Below, one piece after another: positions 49,801-61,800 of a stretch of 64,000 bases of DNA. The DNA lies in the NCBI GenBank assembly GCA_964016885.1, contig OZ024742.1, positions 5,642,001 to 5,706,000 on the forward strand, in the 5' to 3' direction. Within the stretch, counting starts at the first letter, position 1. The number at the start of each line of letters is the position of its first letter. Under the pieces are notes generated by a model. The model was not told the DNA's origin. It did not search any database and saw nothing but the letters and a program-made list of their open reading frames with translations. The stretch comes from Eledone cirrhosa (taxonomy: Eukaryota). Made by a program: the position numbers and the translations under genes.

Positions 49801-52800
49801 AGTGTGTGGTATGTCAGAAGCTCCAGTGTGTGGTGTGTCAGTAGCTCCAGTGTGGTATCAGAAGCTCCAGTGTGTGGAATGTCAGAAGCTCCAGTGTGGT
49901 ATGTCAGAAGCTCCAGTGTGGTGTGTCAGTAGCTCCAGTGTGTGGTATGTCAGTAACTCCAGTGTGGTGTGTCAGAAGCTCCAGTGTGTGGTATGTCAGT
50001 AACTCCAGTGTGGTGTGTCAGAAGCTCCAGTGTGTGGTATGTCAGTAACTCCAGTGTGGTGTGTCAGAAGCTCCAGTGTGTGGTGTGTCAGTAGCTCCAG
50101 TGTGGTATGTCAGAAGCTCCAGTGTGTGGAATGTCAGAAGCTCCAGTGTGGTATGTCAGAAGCTCCAGTGTGTGGTGTGTCAGTAGCTCCAGTGTGGTAT
50201 GTCAGAAGCTCCAGTGTGTGGAATGTCAGAAGCTCCAGTGTGGTATGTCAGAAGCTCCAGTGTGGTGCGTCAGAAGCTCCAGTGTGTGGTATGTCAGAAG
50301 CTCCTGTGTCGTGTGTCAGTAGCTCCAGTGTGTGGTATGTCAGAAGCTCCAGTGTGGTGTGTCAGTAGCTCCAGTGTGGTATGTCAGAAGCTCCAGTGTG
50401 TGGTGTGTCAGTAGCTCCAGTGTGGTATGTCAGAAGCTCCAGTGTGTGGAATGTCAGAAGCTCCAGTGTGGTGTGTCAGTAACTCCAGTGAGTTATGTCA
50501 GTAGCTCCAGTGTGTTGTATGTCAGTAACTCCAGTGTGGTGTGTCAGTAACTCCAGTGTGGTGTGTCAGTAGCTCCGGTGTGTGGTGTGTCAGAAGCTCC
50601 AGTGTGTGGTGTGACAGAAGCTCCAATGTGTGGTGTGTCAGTAACTCAAGTGTGGTGTGTCAGTAGCTCCAGTGTGTGGAATGTCAGAAGCTCCAGTGTG
50701 GTATGTCAGAAGCTCCAGTGTGTAGTGTGTCAGAAGCTCCAGTGTGTGGTATGTCAGAAGCTCCAGTGTGGTGTGTCAGTAACTCCAGTGTGGTGTGTCA
50801 GTAACTCCAGTGTGGTGTGTCAGAAGCTCCAGTGTGTGGTGTATCAGTAACTCCAGTGTGGTATGTCAGTAGCTCCAGTGTGGTGTGTCAGTAACTCCAG
50901 TGTGGTGTGTCAGTAACTCCAGTGTGTGTTGTATCAGTAACTCCAGTGTGGTATGTCAGTAACTCCAGTGTGTGGTATGTCAGTAGCTCCAGTGTGGTGC
51001 GTCAGTAACTCCAGTGTGGTGTGTCAGTAACTCCAGTGTGTGGTATGTCAGTAGCTCCAGTGTGGTGTGTCAGTAACTCCAGTGTGGTGTGTCAGTAACT
51101 CCAGTGTGTGGTATGTCAGTAACTCCAGTGTGGTATGTCAGTAACTCCAGTGTGGTGTGTCAGTAACTCCAGTGTAGTATGTCAGTAACTCCAGTGTGGT
51201 ATGTCAGTAGCTCCAGTGTGGTGTGTCAGAAGCTCCAGTGTGTGGTGTGTCAGAAGCTCCAGTGTGTGGTGTGTCAGTAACTCCAGTGTGGTGTGTCAGT
51301 AGCTCCAGTGTGTGGAATGTCAGAAGCTCCAGTGTGTGGTGTATCAGTAACTTCAGTGTGGTGTGTCAGAAGCTCCAGTGTGGTGTGTCAGTAACTCCAG
51401 TGTGTGGAATGTCAGAAGCTCCAGTGTGTGGTGTGTCAGTAACTCCAGAGTGTGGAATGTCAGAAGCTCCAGTGTGTGGTGTGTCAGTAACTCCAGTGTG
51501 TGGAATGTCAGAAGCTCCAGTGTGTGGTGTGTCAGTAACTCCAGTGTGTGGAATGTCAGAAGCTCCAGTGTGTGGTGTGTCAGTAACTCCAGTGTGTGGA
51601 ATGTCAGAAGCTCCAGTGTGTGGTGTGTCAGTAGCTCCAGTGTGTGGAATGTCAGAAGCTCCAGTGTGTGGTATGTCAGTAACTCCAGTGTGGTGTGTCA
51701 GAAGCTCCAGTGTGTGGTATGTCAGTAACTCCAGTGTGGTGTGTCAGTAACTCCAGTGTGGTATGTCAGAAGCTCCAGTTTGTGGTGTGTCAGTAACTCC
51801 AGTGTGGAATGTCAGTAACTCCAGTGTGGTATGTCAGTAACTCCAGTGTGGTATGTCAGTAACTCCAGTGTGTGGTATGTCAGTAACTCCAGTGTGGTGT
51901 GTCAGTAACTCCAGTGTGGTATGTCAGTAGCTCCAGTGTGGTGTGTCAGTAACTCCAGTGTGGTGTGTCAGAAGCTCCAGTGTGTGGTGTGTCAGTAGCT
52001 CCAGTGTGGTATGTCAGTAACTCCAGTGTGGTGTGTCAGAAGCTCCAGTGTGGTATGTCAGTAGCTCCAGTGTGGTATGTCAGTAGCTCCAGTGTGTGGA
52101 ATATCAGAAGCTCCATTGTGTGGTGTGACAGTAACTCCAGTGTGGTGTGTCAGAAGCTCCAGTGTGTGGTGTATCAGTAACTCCAGTGTGGTGTGTCAGT
52201 AGCTCCAGTGTGTGGAATGTCAGAAGCTCCAGTGTGTGGTGTGTCAGTAGCTCCAGTGTGGTGTGTCAGAAGCTCCAGTGTGTGGTGTGTCAGTAGCTCC
52301 AGTGTGGTATGTCAGTAACTCCAGTGTGGTGTGTCAGTATCTCCAGTGTGTGGTGTGTCAGTAGCTCCAGTGTGGTGTGTCAGAAGCTCCAGTGTGTGGT
52401 GTGTCAGTAGCTCCAGTGTGGTGTGTCAGTAGCTCCAGTGAGTGGTGTGTCGGTAGCTCCAGTGTGGTGTGTCAGAAGCTCCAGTGTGTGGTGTGTCAGT
52501 AGCTCCAGTGTGGAATGTCAGTAACTCCAGTGTGGTGTGTCAGTAACTCCAGTGTGGTATGTCAGAAGCTCCAGTGTGTGGTGTGTCAGTAACTCCAGTG
52601 TGGTGTGTCAGAAGCTCCAGTGTGTGGTGTGTCAGAATCTCCAGTGTGTGGTATGTCAGTAGCTCCAGTGTGGTGTGTCAGTAACTCCAGTGTGGTGTGT
52701 CAGTAGCTCCAGTGTGGTGTGTCAGAAGCTCCAGTGTGTGGTGTGTCAGTAACTCCAGTGTGGTGTGTCAGAAGCTCCAGTGTGTAGTGTGTCAGTAACT

Positions 52801-55800
52801 CCAGTGTGGTATGTCAGTAGCTCCAGTGTGGTGTGTCAGAAGCTCCAGTGTGTGGTGTGTCAGTAACTCCAGTGTGGTATGTCAGAAGCTCCAGTGTGTG
52901 GTGTGTCAGTAACTCCAGTGTGGTATGTCAGAAGCTCCAGTGTGTGGTGTGTCAGTAACTCCAGTGTGGTGTGTCAGTAGCTCCAGTGTGTGGTGTGTCA
53001 GTAACTCCAGTGTGGTGTGTCAGAAGCTCCAGTGTGTGGTGTGTCAGTAGCTCCAGTGTGGTGTGTCAGAAGTTCCAGTGTGTGGTGTGTCAGTAACTGC
53101 AGTGTGGTGTGTCAGTAGCTCCAGTGTGTGGAATGTCAGAAGCTCCATTGTGTGGTGTGTCAGTAACTCAAGTGTGGTGTGTCAGTAGCTCCAGTGTGTG
53201 GAATGTCAGAAGCTCCAGTGTGGTATGTCAGAAGCTCCAGTGTGTAGTGTGTCAGAAGCTCCAGTGTGTGGTATGTCAGAAGCTCCAGTGTGGTGTGTCA
53301 GTAACTCCAGTGTGGTGTGTCAGTAACTCCAGTGTGGTGTGTCAGAAGCTCCAGTGTGTGGTGTATCAGTAACTCCAGTGTGGTATGTCAGTAGCTCCAG
53401 TGTGGTGTGTCAGTAACTCCAGTGTGGTGTGTCAGTAACTCCAGTGTGTGGTGTATCAGTAACTCCAGTGTGGTATGTCAGTAACTCCAGTGTGTGGTAT
53501 GTCAGTAGCTCCAGTGTGGTGCGTCAGTAACTCCAGTGTGGTGTGTCAGTAACTCCAGTGTGTGGTATGTCAGTAGCTCCAGTGTGGTGTGTCAGTAACT
53601 CCAGTGTGGTGTGTCAGTAACTCCAGTGTGTGGTATGTCAGTAACTCCAGTGTGGTATGTCAGTAACTCCAGTGTGGTGTGTCAGTAACTCCAGTGTAGT
53701 ATGTCAGTAACTCCAGTGTGGTATGTCAGTAGCTCCAGTGTGGTGTGTCAGAAGCTCCAGTGTGTGGTGTGTCAGAAGCTCCAGTGTGTGGTGTGTCAGT
53801 AACTCCAGTGTGGTGTGTCAGTAGCTCCAGTGTGTGGAATGTCAGAAGCTCCAGTGTGTGGTGTATCAGTAACTTCAGTGTGGTGTGTCAGAAGCTCCAG
53901 TGTGGTGTGTCAGTAACTCCAGTGTGTGGAATGTCAGAAGCTCCAGTGTGTGGTGTGTCAGTAACTCCAGAGTGTGGAATGTCAGAAGCTCCAGTGTGTG
54001 GTGTGTCAGTAACTCCAGTGTGTGGAATGTCAGAAGCTCCAGTGTGTGGTGTGTCAGTAACTCCAGTGTGTGGAATGTCAGAAGCTCCAGTGTGTGGTGT
54101 GTCAGTAACTCCAGTGTGTGGAATGTCAGAAGCTCCAGTGTGTGGTGTGTCAGTAGCTCCAGTGTGTGGAATGTCAGAAGCTCCAGTGTGTGGTATGTCA
54201 GTAACTCCAGTGTGGTGTGTCAGAAGCTCCAGTGTGTGGTATGTCAGTAACTCCAGTGTGGTGTGTCAGTAACTCCAGTGTGGTATGTCAGAAGCTCCAG
54301 TTTGTGGTGTGTCAGTAACTCCAGTGTGGAATGTCAGTAACTCCAGTGTGGTATGTCAGTAACTCCAGTGTGGTATGTCAGTAACTCCAGTGTGTGGTAT
54401 GTCAGTAACTCCAGTGTGGTGTGTCAGTAACTCCAGTGTGGTATGTCAGTAGCTCCAGTGTGGTGTGTCAGTAACTCCAGTGTGGTGTGTCAGAAGCTCC
54501 AGTGTGTGGTGTGTCAGTAGCTCCAGTGTGGTATGTCAGTAACTCCAGTGTGGTGTGTCAGAAGCTCCAGTGTGGTATGTCAGTAGCTCCAGTGTGGTAT
54601 GTCAGTAGCTCCAGTGTGTGGAATATCAGAAGCTCCATTGTGTGGTGTGACAGTAACTCCAGTGTGGTGTGTCAGAAGCTCCAGTGTGTGGTGTATCAGT
54701 AACTCCAGTGTGGTGTGTCAGTAGCTCCAGTGTGTGGAATGTCAGAAGCTCCAGTGTGTGGTGTGTCAGTAGCTCCAGTGTGGTGTGTCAGAAGCTCCAG
54801 TGTGTGGTGTGTCAGTAGCTCCAGTGTGGTATGTCAGTAACTCCAGTGTGGTGTGTCAGTATCTCCAGTGTGTGGTGTGTCAGTAGCTCCAGTGTGGTGT
54901 GTCAGAAGCTCCAGTGTGTGGTGTGTCAGTAGCTCCAGTGTGGTGTGTCAGTAGCTCCAGTGAGTGGTGTGTCGGTAGCTCCAGTGTGGTGTGTCAGAAG
55001 CTCCAGTGTGTGGTGTGTCAGTAGCTCCAGTGTGGAATGTCAGTAACTCCAGTGTGGTGTGTCAGTAACTCCAGTGTGGTATGTCAGAAGCTCCAGTGTG
55101 TGGTGTGTCAGTAACTCCAGTGTGGTGTGTCAGAAGCTCCAGTGTGTGGTGTGTCAGAATCTCCAGTGTGTGGTATGTCAGTAGCTCCAGTGTGGTGTGT
55201 CAGTAACTCCAGTGTGGTGTGTCAGTAGCTCCAGTGTGGTGTGTCAGAAGCTCCAGTGTGTGGTGTGTCAGTAACTCCAGTGTGGTGTGTCAGAAGCTCC
55301 AGTGTGTAGTGTGTCAGTAACTCCAGTGTGGTATGTCAGTAGCTCCAGTGTGGTGTGTCAGAAGCTCCAGTGTGTGGTGTGTCAGTAACTCCAGTGTGGT
55401 ATGTCAGAAGCTCCAGTGTGTGGTGTGTCAGTAACTCCAGTGTGGTATGTCAGAAGCTCCAGTGTGTGGTGTGTCAGTAACTCCAGTGTGGTGTGTCAGT
55501 AGCTCCAGTGTGTGGTGTGTCAGTAACTCCAGTGTGGTGTGTCAGAAGCTCCAGTGTGTGGTGTGTCAGTAGCTCCAGTGTGGTGTGTCAGAAGCTCCAG
55601 TGTGTGGTGTGTCAGTAACTGCAGTGTGGTGTGTCAGTAGCTCCAGTGTGTGGAATGTCAGAAGCTCCATTGTGTGGTGTGTCAGTAACTCAAGTGTGGT
55701 GTGTCAGTAGCTCCAGTGTGTGGAATGTCAGAAGCTCCAGTGTGGTATGTCAGAAGCTCCAGTGTGTAGTGTGTCAGAAGCTCCAGTGTGTGGTATGTCA

Positions 55801-58800
55801 GAAGCTCCAGTGTGGTGTGTCAGTAACTCCAGTGTGGTGTGTCAGTAACTCCAGTGTGGTGTGTCAGAAGCTCCAGTGTGTGGTGTATCAGTAACTCCAG
55901 TGTGGTATGTCAGTAGCTCCAGTGTGGTGTGTCAGTAACTCCAGTGTGGTGTGTCAGTAACTCCAGTGTGTGGTGTATCAGTAACTCCAGTGTGGTATGT
56001 CAGTAACTCCAGTGTGTGGTATGTCAGTAGCTCCAGTGTGGTGCGTCAGTAACTCCAGTGTGGTGTGTCAGTAACTCCAGTGTGTGGTATGTCAGTAGCT
56101 CCAGTGTGGTGTGTCAGTAACTCCAGTGTGGTGTGTCAGTAACTCCAGTGTGTGGTATGTCAGTAACTCCAGTGTGGTATGTCAGTAACTCCAGTGTGGT
56201 GTGTCAGTAACTCCAGTGTAGTATGTCAGTAACTCCAGTGTGGTATGTCAGTAGCTCCAGTGTGGTGTGTCAGAAGCTCCAGTGTGTGGTGTGTCAGAAG
56301 CTCCAGTGTGTGGTGTGTCAGTAACTCCAGTGTGGTGTGTCAGTAGCTCCAGTGTGTGGAATGTCAGAAGCTCCAGTGTGTGGTGTATCAGTAACTTCAG
56401 TGTGGTGTGTCAGAAGCTCCAGTGTGGTGTGTCAGTAACTCCAGTGTGTGGAATGTCAGAAGCTCCAGTGTGTGGTGTGTCAGTAACTCCAGAGTGTGGA
56501 ATGTCAGAAGCTCCAGTGTGTGGTGTGTCAGTAACTCCAGTGTGTGGAATGTCAGAAGCTCCAGTGTGTGGTGTGTCAGTAACTCCAGTGTGTGGAATGT
56601 CAGAAGCTCCAGTGTGTGGTGTGTCAGTAACTCCAGTGTGTGGAATGTCAGAAGCTCCAGTGTGTGGTGTATCAGTAGCTGCAGTGTGTGGAATGTCAGA
56701 AGCTCCAGTGTGTGGTATGTCAGTAACTCCAGTGTGGTGTGTCAGAAGCTCCAGTGTGTGGTATGTCAGTAACTCCAGTGTGGTGTGTCAGTAACTCCAG
56801 TGTGGTATGTCAGAAGCTCCAGTTTGTGGTGTGTCAGTAACTCCAGTGTGGAATGTCAGTAACTCCAGTGTGGTATGTCAGTAACTCCAGTGTGGTATGT
56901 CAGTAACTCCAGTGTGTGGTATGTCAGTAACTCCAGTGTGGTGTGTCAGTAACTCCAGTGTGGTATGTCAGTAGCTCCAGTGTGGTGTGTCAGTAACTCC
57001 AGTGTGGTGTGTCAGAAGCTCCAGTGTGTGGTGTGTCAGTAGCTCCAGTGTGGTATGTCAATAACTCCAGTGTGGTGTGTCAGAAGCTCCAGTGTGGTAT
57101 GTCAGTAGCTCCAGTGTGGTATGTCAGTAGCTCCAGTGTGTGGAATGTCAGAAGCTCCATTGTGTGGTGTGACAGTAACTCCAGTGTGGTGTGTCAGAAG
57201 CTCCAGTGTGTGGTGTATCAGTAACTCCAGTGTGGTGTGTCAGTAGCTCCAGTGTGTGGAATGTCAGAAGCTCCAGTGTGTGGTGTGTCAGTAGCTCCAG
57301 TGTGGTGTGTCAGAAGCTCCAGTGTGTGGTGTGTCAGTAGCTCCAGTGTGGTATGTCAGTAACTCCAGTGTGGTGTGTCAGTATCTCCAGTGTGTGGTGT
57401 GTCAGTAGCTCCAGTGTGGTGTGTCAGAAGCTCCAGTGTGTGGTGTGTCAGTAGCTCCAGTGTGGTGTGTCAGTAGCTCCAGTGTGTGGTGTGTCGGTAG
57501 CTCCAGTGTGGTGTGTCAGAAGCTCCAGTGTGTGGTGTGTCAGTAGCTCCAGTGTAGTATGTCAGTAACTCCAGTGTGGTGTGTCAGTAGCTCCAGTGTG
57601 TGGTGTCAGTAGCTCCAGTGTGGTGTGTCAGAAGCTCCAGTGTGTGGTGTGTCAGTAACTCCAGTGTGTGGTGTGTCAGTAACTCCAGTGTGGAATGTCA
57701 GTAACTCCAGTGTGGTGTGTCAGTAACTCCAGTGTGGTATGTCAGAAGCTCCAGTGTGTGGTGTGTCAGTAACTCCAGTGTGGTGTGTCAGAAGCTCCAG
57801 TGTGTGGTGTGTCAGAATCTCCAGTGTGTGGTATGTCAGTAGCTCCAGTGTGGTGTGTCAGTAACTCCAGTGTGGTGTGTCAGTAGCTCCAGTGTGGTGT
57901 GTCAGAAGCTCCAGTGTGTGGTGTGTCAGTAACTCCAGTGTGGTGTGTCAGAAGCTCCAGTGTGTAGTGTGTCAGTAACTCCAGTGTGGTATGTCAGTAG
58001 CTCCAGTGTGGTGTGTCAGAAGCTCCAGTGTGTGGTGTGTCAGTAACTCCAGTGTGGTATGTCAGAAGCTCCAGTGTGTGGTGTGTCAGTAACTCCAGTG
58101 TGGTATGTCAGAAGCTCCAGTGTGTGGTGTGTCAGTAACTCCAGTGTGGTGTGTCAGTAGCTCCAGTGTGTGGTGTGTCAGTAACTCCAGTGTAGTGTGT
58201 CAGAAGCTCCAGTGTGTGGTGTGTCAGTAGCTCCAGTGTGGTGTGTCAGAAGCTCCAGTGTGTGGTGTGTCAGTAACTGCAGTGTGGTGTGTCAGTAGCT
58301 CCAGTGTGTGGTGTGTCAGTAACTCCAGTGTGGTATGTCAGAAGCTCCAGTGTGTGGTGTGTCAGTAACTCCAGTGTGGTATGTCAGAAGCTCCAGTGTG
58401 GTGTGTCAGTAACTCCAGTGTGGTGTGTCAGAAGCTCCAGTGTGTGGTGTGTCAGTAACTCCAGTGTGGTGTGTCAGTAGCTCCAGTGTGTGGTGTGTTA
58501 GTAACTCCAGTGTAGTGTGTCAGTAGCTCCAGTGTGTGGTGTGTCAGTAACTCCAGTGTGGTGTGTTAGAAGCTCCAGTGTGTGGTGTGTCAGTAGCTCC
58601 AGTGTGGTGTGTCAGAAGCTCCAGTGTGTGGAATGTCAGTAACTCCAGTGTGGTGTGTAAGTAGCTCCAGTGTGTGGTGTCAGTAACTCCAGTGTGGTGT
58701 GTCAGAAGCTCCAGTGTGTGGTGTGTCAGTAACTCCAGTGTGGTATGTCAGAAGCTCCAGTGTGTGGAATGTCAGAAGCTCCAGTGTGTGGTGTGACAGT

Positions 58801-61800
58801 AACTCCAGTGTGGTGTGTCAGAAGCTCCAGTGTGTGGTGTGTCAGAATCTCCAGTGTGTGGTATGTCAGTAGCTCCAGTGTGGTGTGTCAGTAACTCCAG
58901 TGTGGTGTGTCAGTAGCTCCAGTGTGGTGTGTCAGAAGCTCCAGTGTGTGGTGTGTCAGTAACTCCAGTGTGGTGTGTCAGAAGCTCCAGTGTGTAGTGT
59001 GTCAGTAACTCCAGTGTGGTATGTCAGTAGCTCCAGTGTGGTGTGTCAGAAGCTCCAGTGTGTGGTGTGTCAGTAACTCCAGTGTGGTATGTCAGAAGCT
59101 CCAGTGTGTGGTGTGTCAGTAACTCCAGTGTGGTATGTCAGAAGCTCCAGTGTGTGGTGTGTCAGTAACTCCAGTGTGGTGTGTCAGTAGCTCCAGTGTG
59201 TGGTGTGTCAGTAACTCCAGTGTAGTGTGTCAGAAGCTCCAGTGTGTGGTGTGTCAGTAGCTCCAGTGTGGTGTGTCAGAAGCTCCAGTGTGTGGTGTGT
59301 CAGTAACTGCAGTGTGGTGTGTCAGTAGCTCCAGTGTGTGGTGTGTCAGTAACTCCAGTGTGGTATGTCAGAAGCTCCAGTGTGTGGTGTGTCAGTAACT
59401 CCAGTGTGGTATGTCAGAAGCTCCAGTGTGGTGTGTCAGTAACTCCAGTGTGGTGTGTCAGAAGCTCCAGTGTGTGGTGTGTCAGTAACTCCAGTGTGGT
59501 GTGTCAGTAGCTCCAGTGTGTGGTGTGTTAGTAACTCCAGTGTAGTGTGTCAGTAGCTCCAGTGTGTGGTGTGTCAGTAACTCCAGTGTGGTGTGTTAGA
59601 AGCTCCAGTGTGTGGTGTGTCAGTAGCTCCAGTGTGGTGTGTCAGAAGCTCCAGTGTGTGGAATGTCAGTAACTCCAGTGTGGTGTGTAAGTAGCTCCAG
59701 TGTGTGGTGTCAGTAACTCCAGTGTGGTGTGTCAGAAGCTCCAGTGTGTGGTGTGTCAGTAACTCCAGTGTGGTATGTCAGAAGCTCCAGTGTGTGGAAT
59801 GTCAGAAGCTCCAGTGTGTGGTGTGACAGTAACTCCAGTGTGGTGTGTCAGAAGCTCCAGTCTGTGGTGTGTCAGTAACTCCAGTGTGGTATGTCAGTAG
59901 CTCCAGTGTGGTGTGTCAGTAGCTCCAGTGTGGTCTGTCAGTAACTCCAGTGTTTGGTGTGTCAGTAGCTCCAGTGTGGTGTGTCAGAAGCTCCAGTATG
60001 TGGTGTGTCAGTAGCTCCAGTGTGGTGTGTCAGAAGCTCCAGTGTGTGTGGTGTGTCAGTAACTCCAGTGTGGTGTGTCAGAAGCTCCAGTGTGTGGTGT
60101 GTCAGTAACTCCAGTGTGGTATGTCAGAAGCTCCAGTGTGTGGTGTGTCAGTAACTCATGTGTGGTGTGTCAGAAGCTCCAGTGTGTGGTGTGTCAGTAA
60201 CTCCAGTGTGGTATGTCAGTAGCTCCAGTGTGGTATGTCAGAAGCTCCAGTGTGTGGTGTGTCAGAAGCTCCAGTGTGTGGTGTGTCAGAAGCTCCAGTG
60301 TGTGGTGTGTCAGTAACTCCAGTGTGTGGTGTGTCAGTAGCTCCAGTGTGGTGTGTCAGAAGCTCCAGTGTGTGGTGTGTCAGTAACTCCAGTGTGGTAT
60401 GTCAGAAGCTCCAGTGTGTGGTGTGTCATTAACTCCAGTGTGGTGTGTCAGTAACTCCAGTGTGTGGTGTGTCAGAAGCTCCAGTGTGTGGTGTGTCAGA
60501 AGCTCCAGTGTGGTGTGTCAGAAGCTCCAGTGTGTGGTGTGTCAGTAACTCCAGCGTGGTGTGTCAGAAGCTCCAGTGTGTGGAATGTCAGAAGCTCCAG
60601 TGTGGTATGTCAGAAGCTCCAGTGTGTGGAATGTCAGAAGCTACAGTGTGGTGTGTCAGAAGCTCCAGTGTGTGGTGTGTCAGTAACTCCAGTGTGGTAT
60701 GTCAGTAGCTACAGTGTGGTGTGTCAGAAGCTCCAGTGTGTGGTGTGTCAGAAAACTCCAGTGTGTGGAATGTCAGAAGCTCCAGTGTGGTATGTCAGAA
60801 GCTCCAGTGTGTGGTGTGTCAGTAAGTCCAGTGTGGTATGTCAGTAGCTCCAGTGTGGTATGTCAGTAACTCCAGTGTGGTGTGTCAGTAGCTCCAGTGT
60901 GTGGTATGTCAGAAGCTCCAGTGTGTGGTATGTCAGAAGCTCCAGTGTGTGGTGTGTCAGTAGCTCCAGTGTGGTATGTCAGAAGCTCCAGTGTGTGGTG
61001 TGTCAGTAACTCCAGTGTGGTATGTCAGAAGCTCCAGTGTGTGGTGTGTCAGTAACTCCAGTGTGGTATGTCAGAAGCTCCAGTGTGTGGTGTGTCAGTA
61101 ACTCCAGTGTGGTATGTCAGAAGCTCCAGTGTGTGGTATGACAGTAACTCCAGTGTGGTGTGTCAGAAGCTCCAGTGTGTGGTGTGTCAGTAACTCCAGT
61201 GTGGTTTGTCAGTAGCTCCAGTGTGTGGTGTGTCAGTAACTCCAGTGTGGTATGTCAGTAGCTCCAGTGTGGTGTGTCAGTAGCTCCAGTGTGTGGTGTG
61301 TCAGTAGCTCCAGTGTGGTATGTCAGAAGCTCCAGTGTGTGGTGTGTCAGTAACTCCAGTGTGGTGTGTCAGAAGCTGCAGTGTGTGGTGTGTCAGTAAC
61401 TCCAGTGTGGTGTGTCAGAAGCTCCAGTGTGTGGTGTGTCAGTAACTCCAGTGTGGTGTGTCAGTAGCTCCAGTGTGTGGTGTGTCAGTAACTCCAGTGT
61501 GGTGTGTCAGTAACTCCAGTGTGGTGTGTCAGAAGCTCCAGTGTGTGGTGTGTCAGTAACTCCAGTGTGGTATGTCAGTAGCTCCAGTGTGGTGTGTCAG
61601 AAGCTCCAGTGTGTTGTGTTAGTAACTCCAGTGTGGTGTGTCAGAAGATCCAGTGTGTGGTGTGTCAGTAGCTCCAGTGTGGTATGTCAGTAGCTCCAGT
61701 GTGGTGTGTCAGAAGCTCCAGTGTGTGGTGTGTCAGTAACTCCAGTGTGGTGTGTCAGAAGCTCCAGTGTGTGGAATGTCAGAAGCTCCAGTGTGGTATG

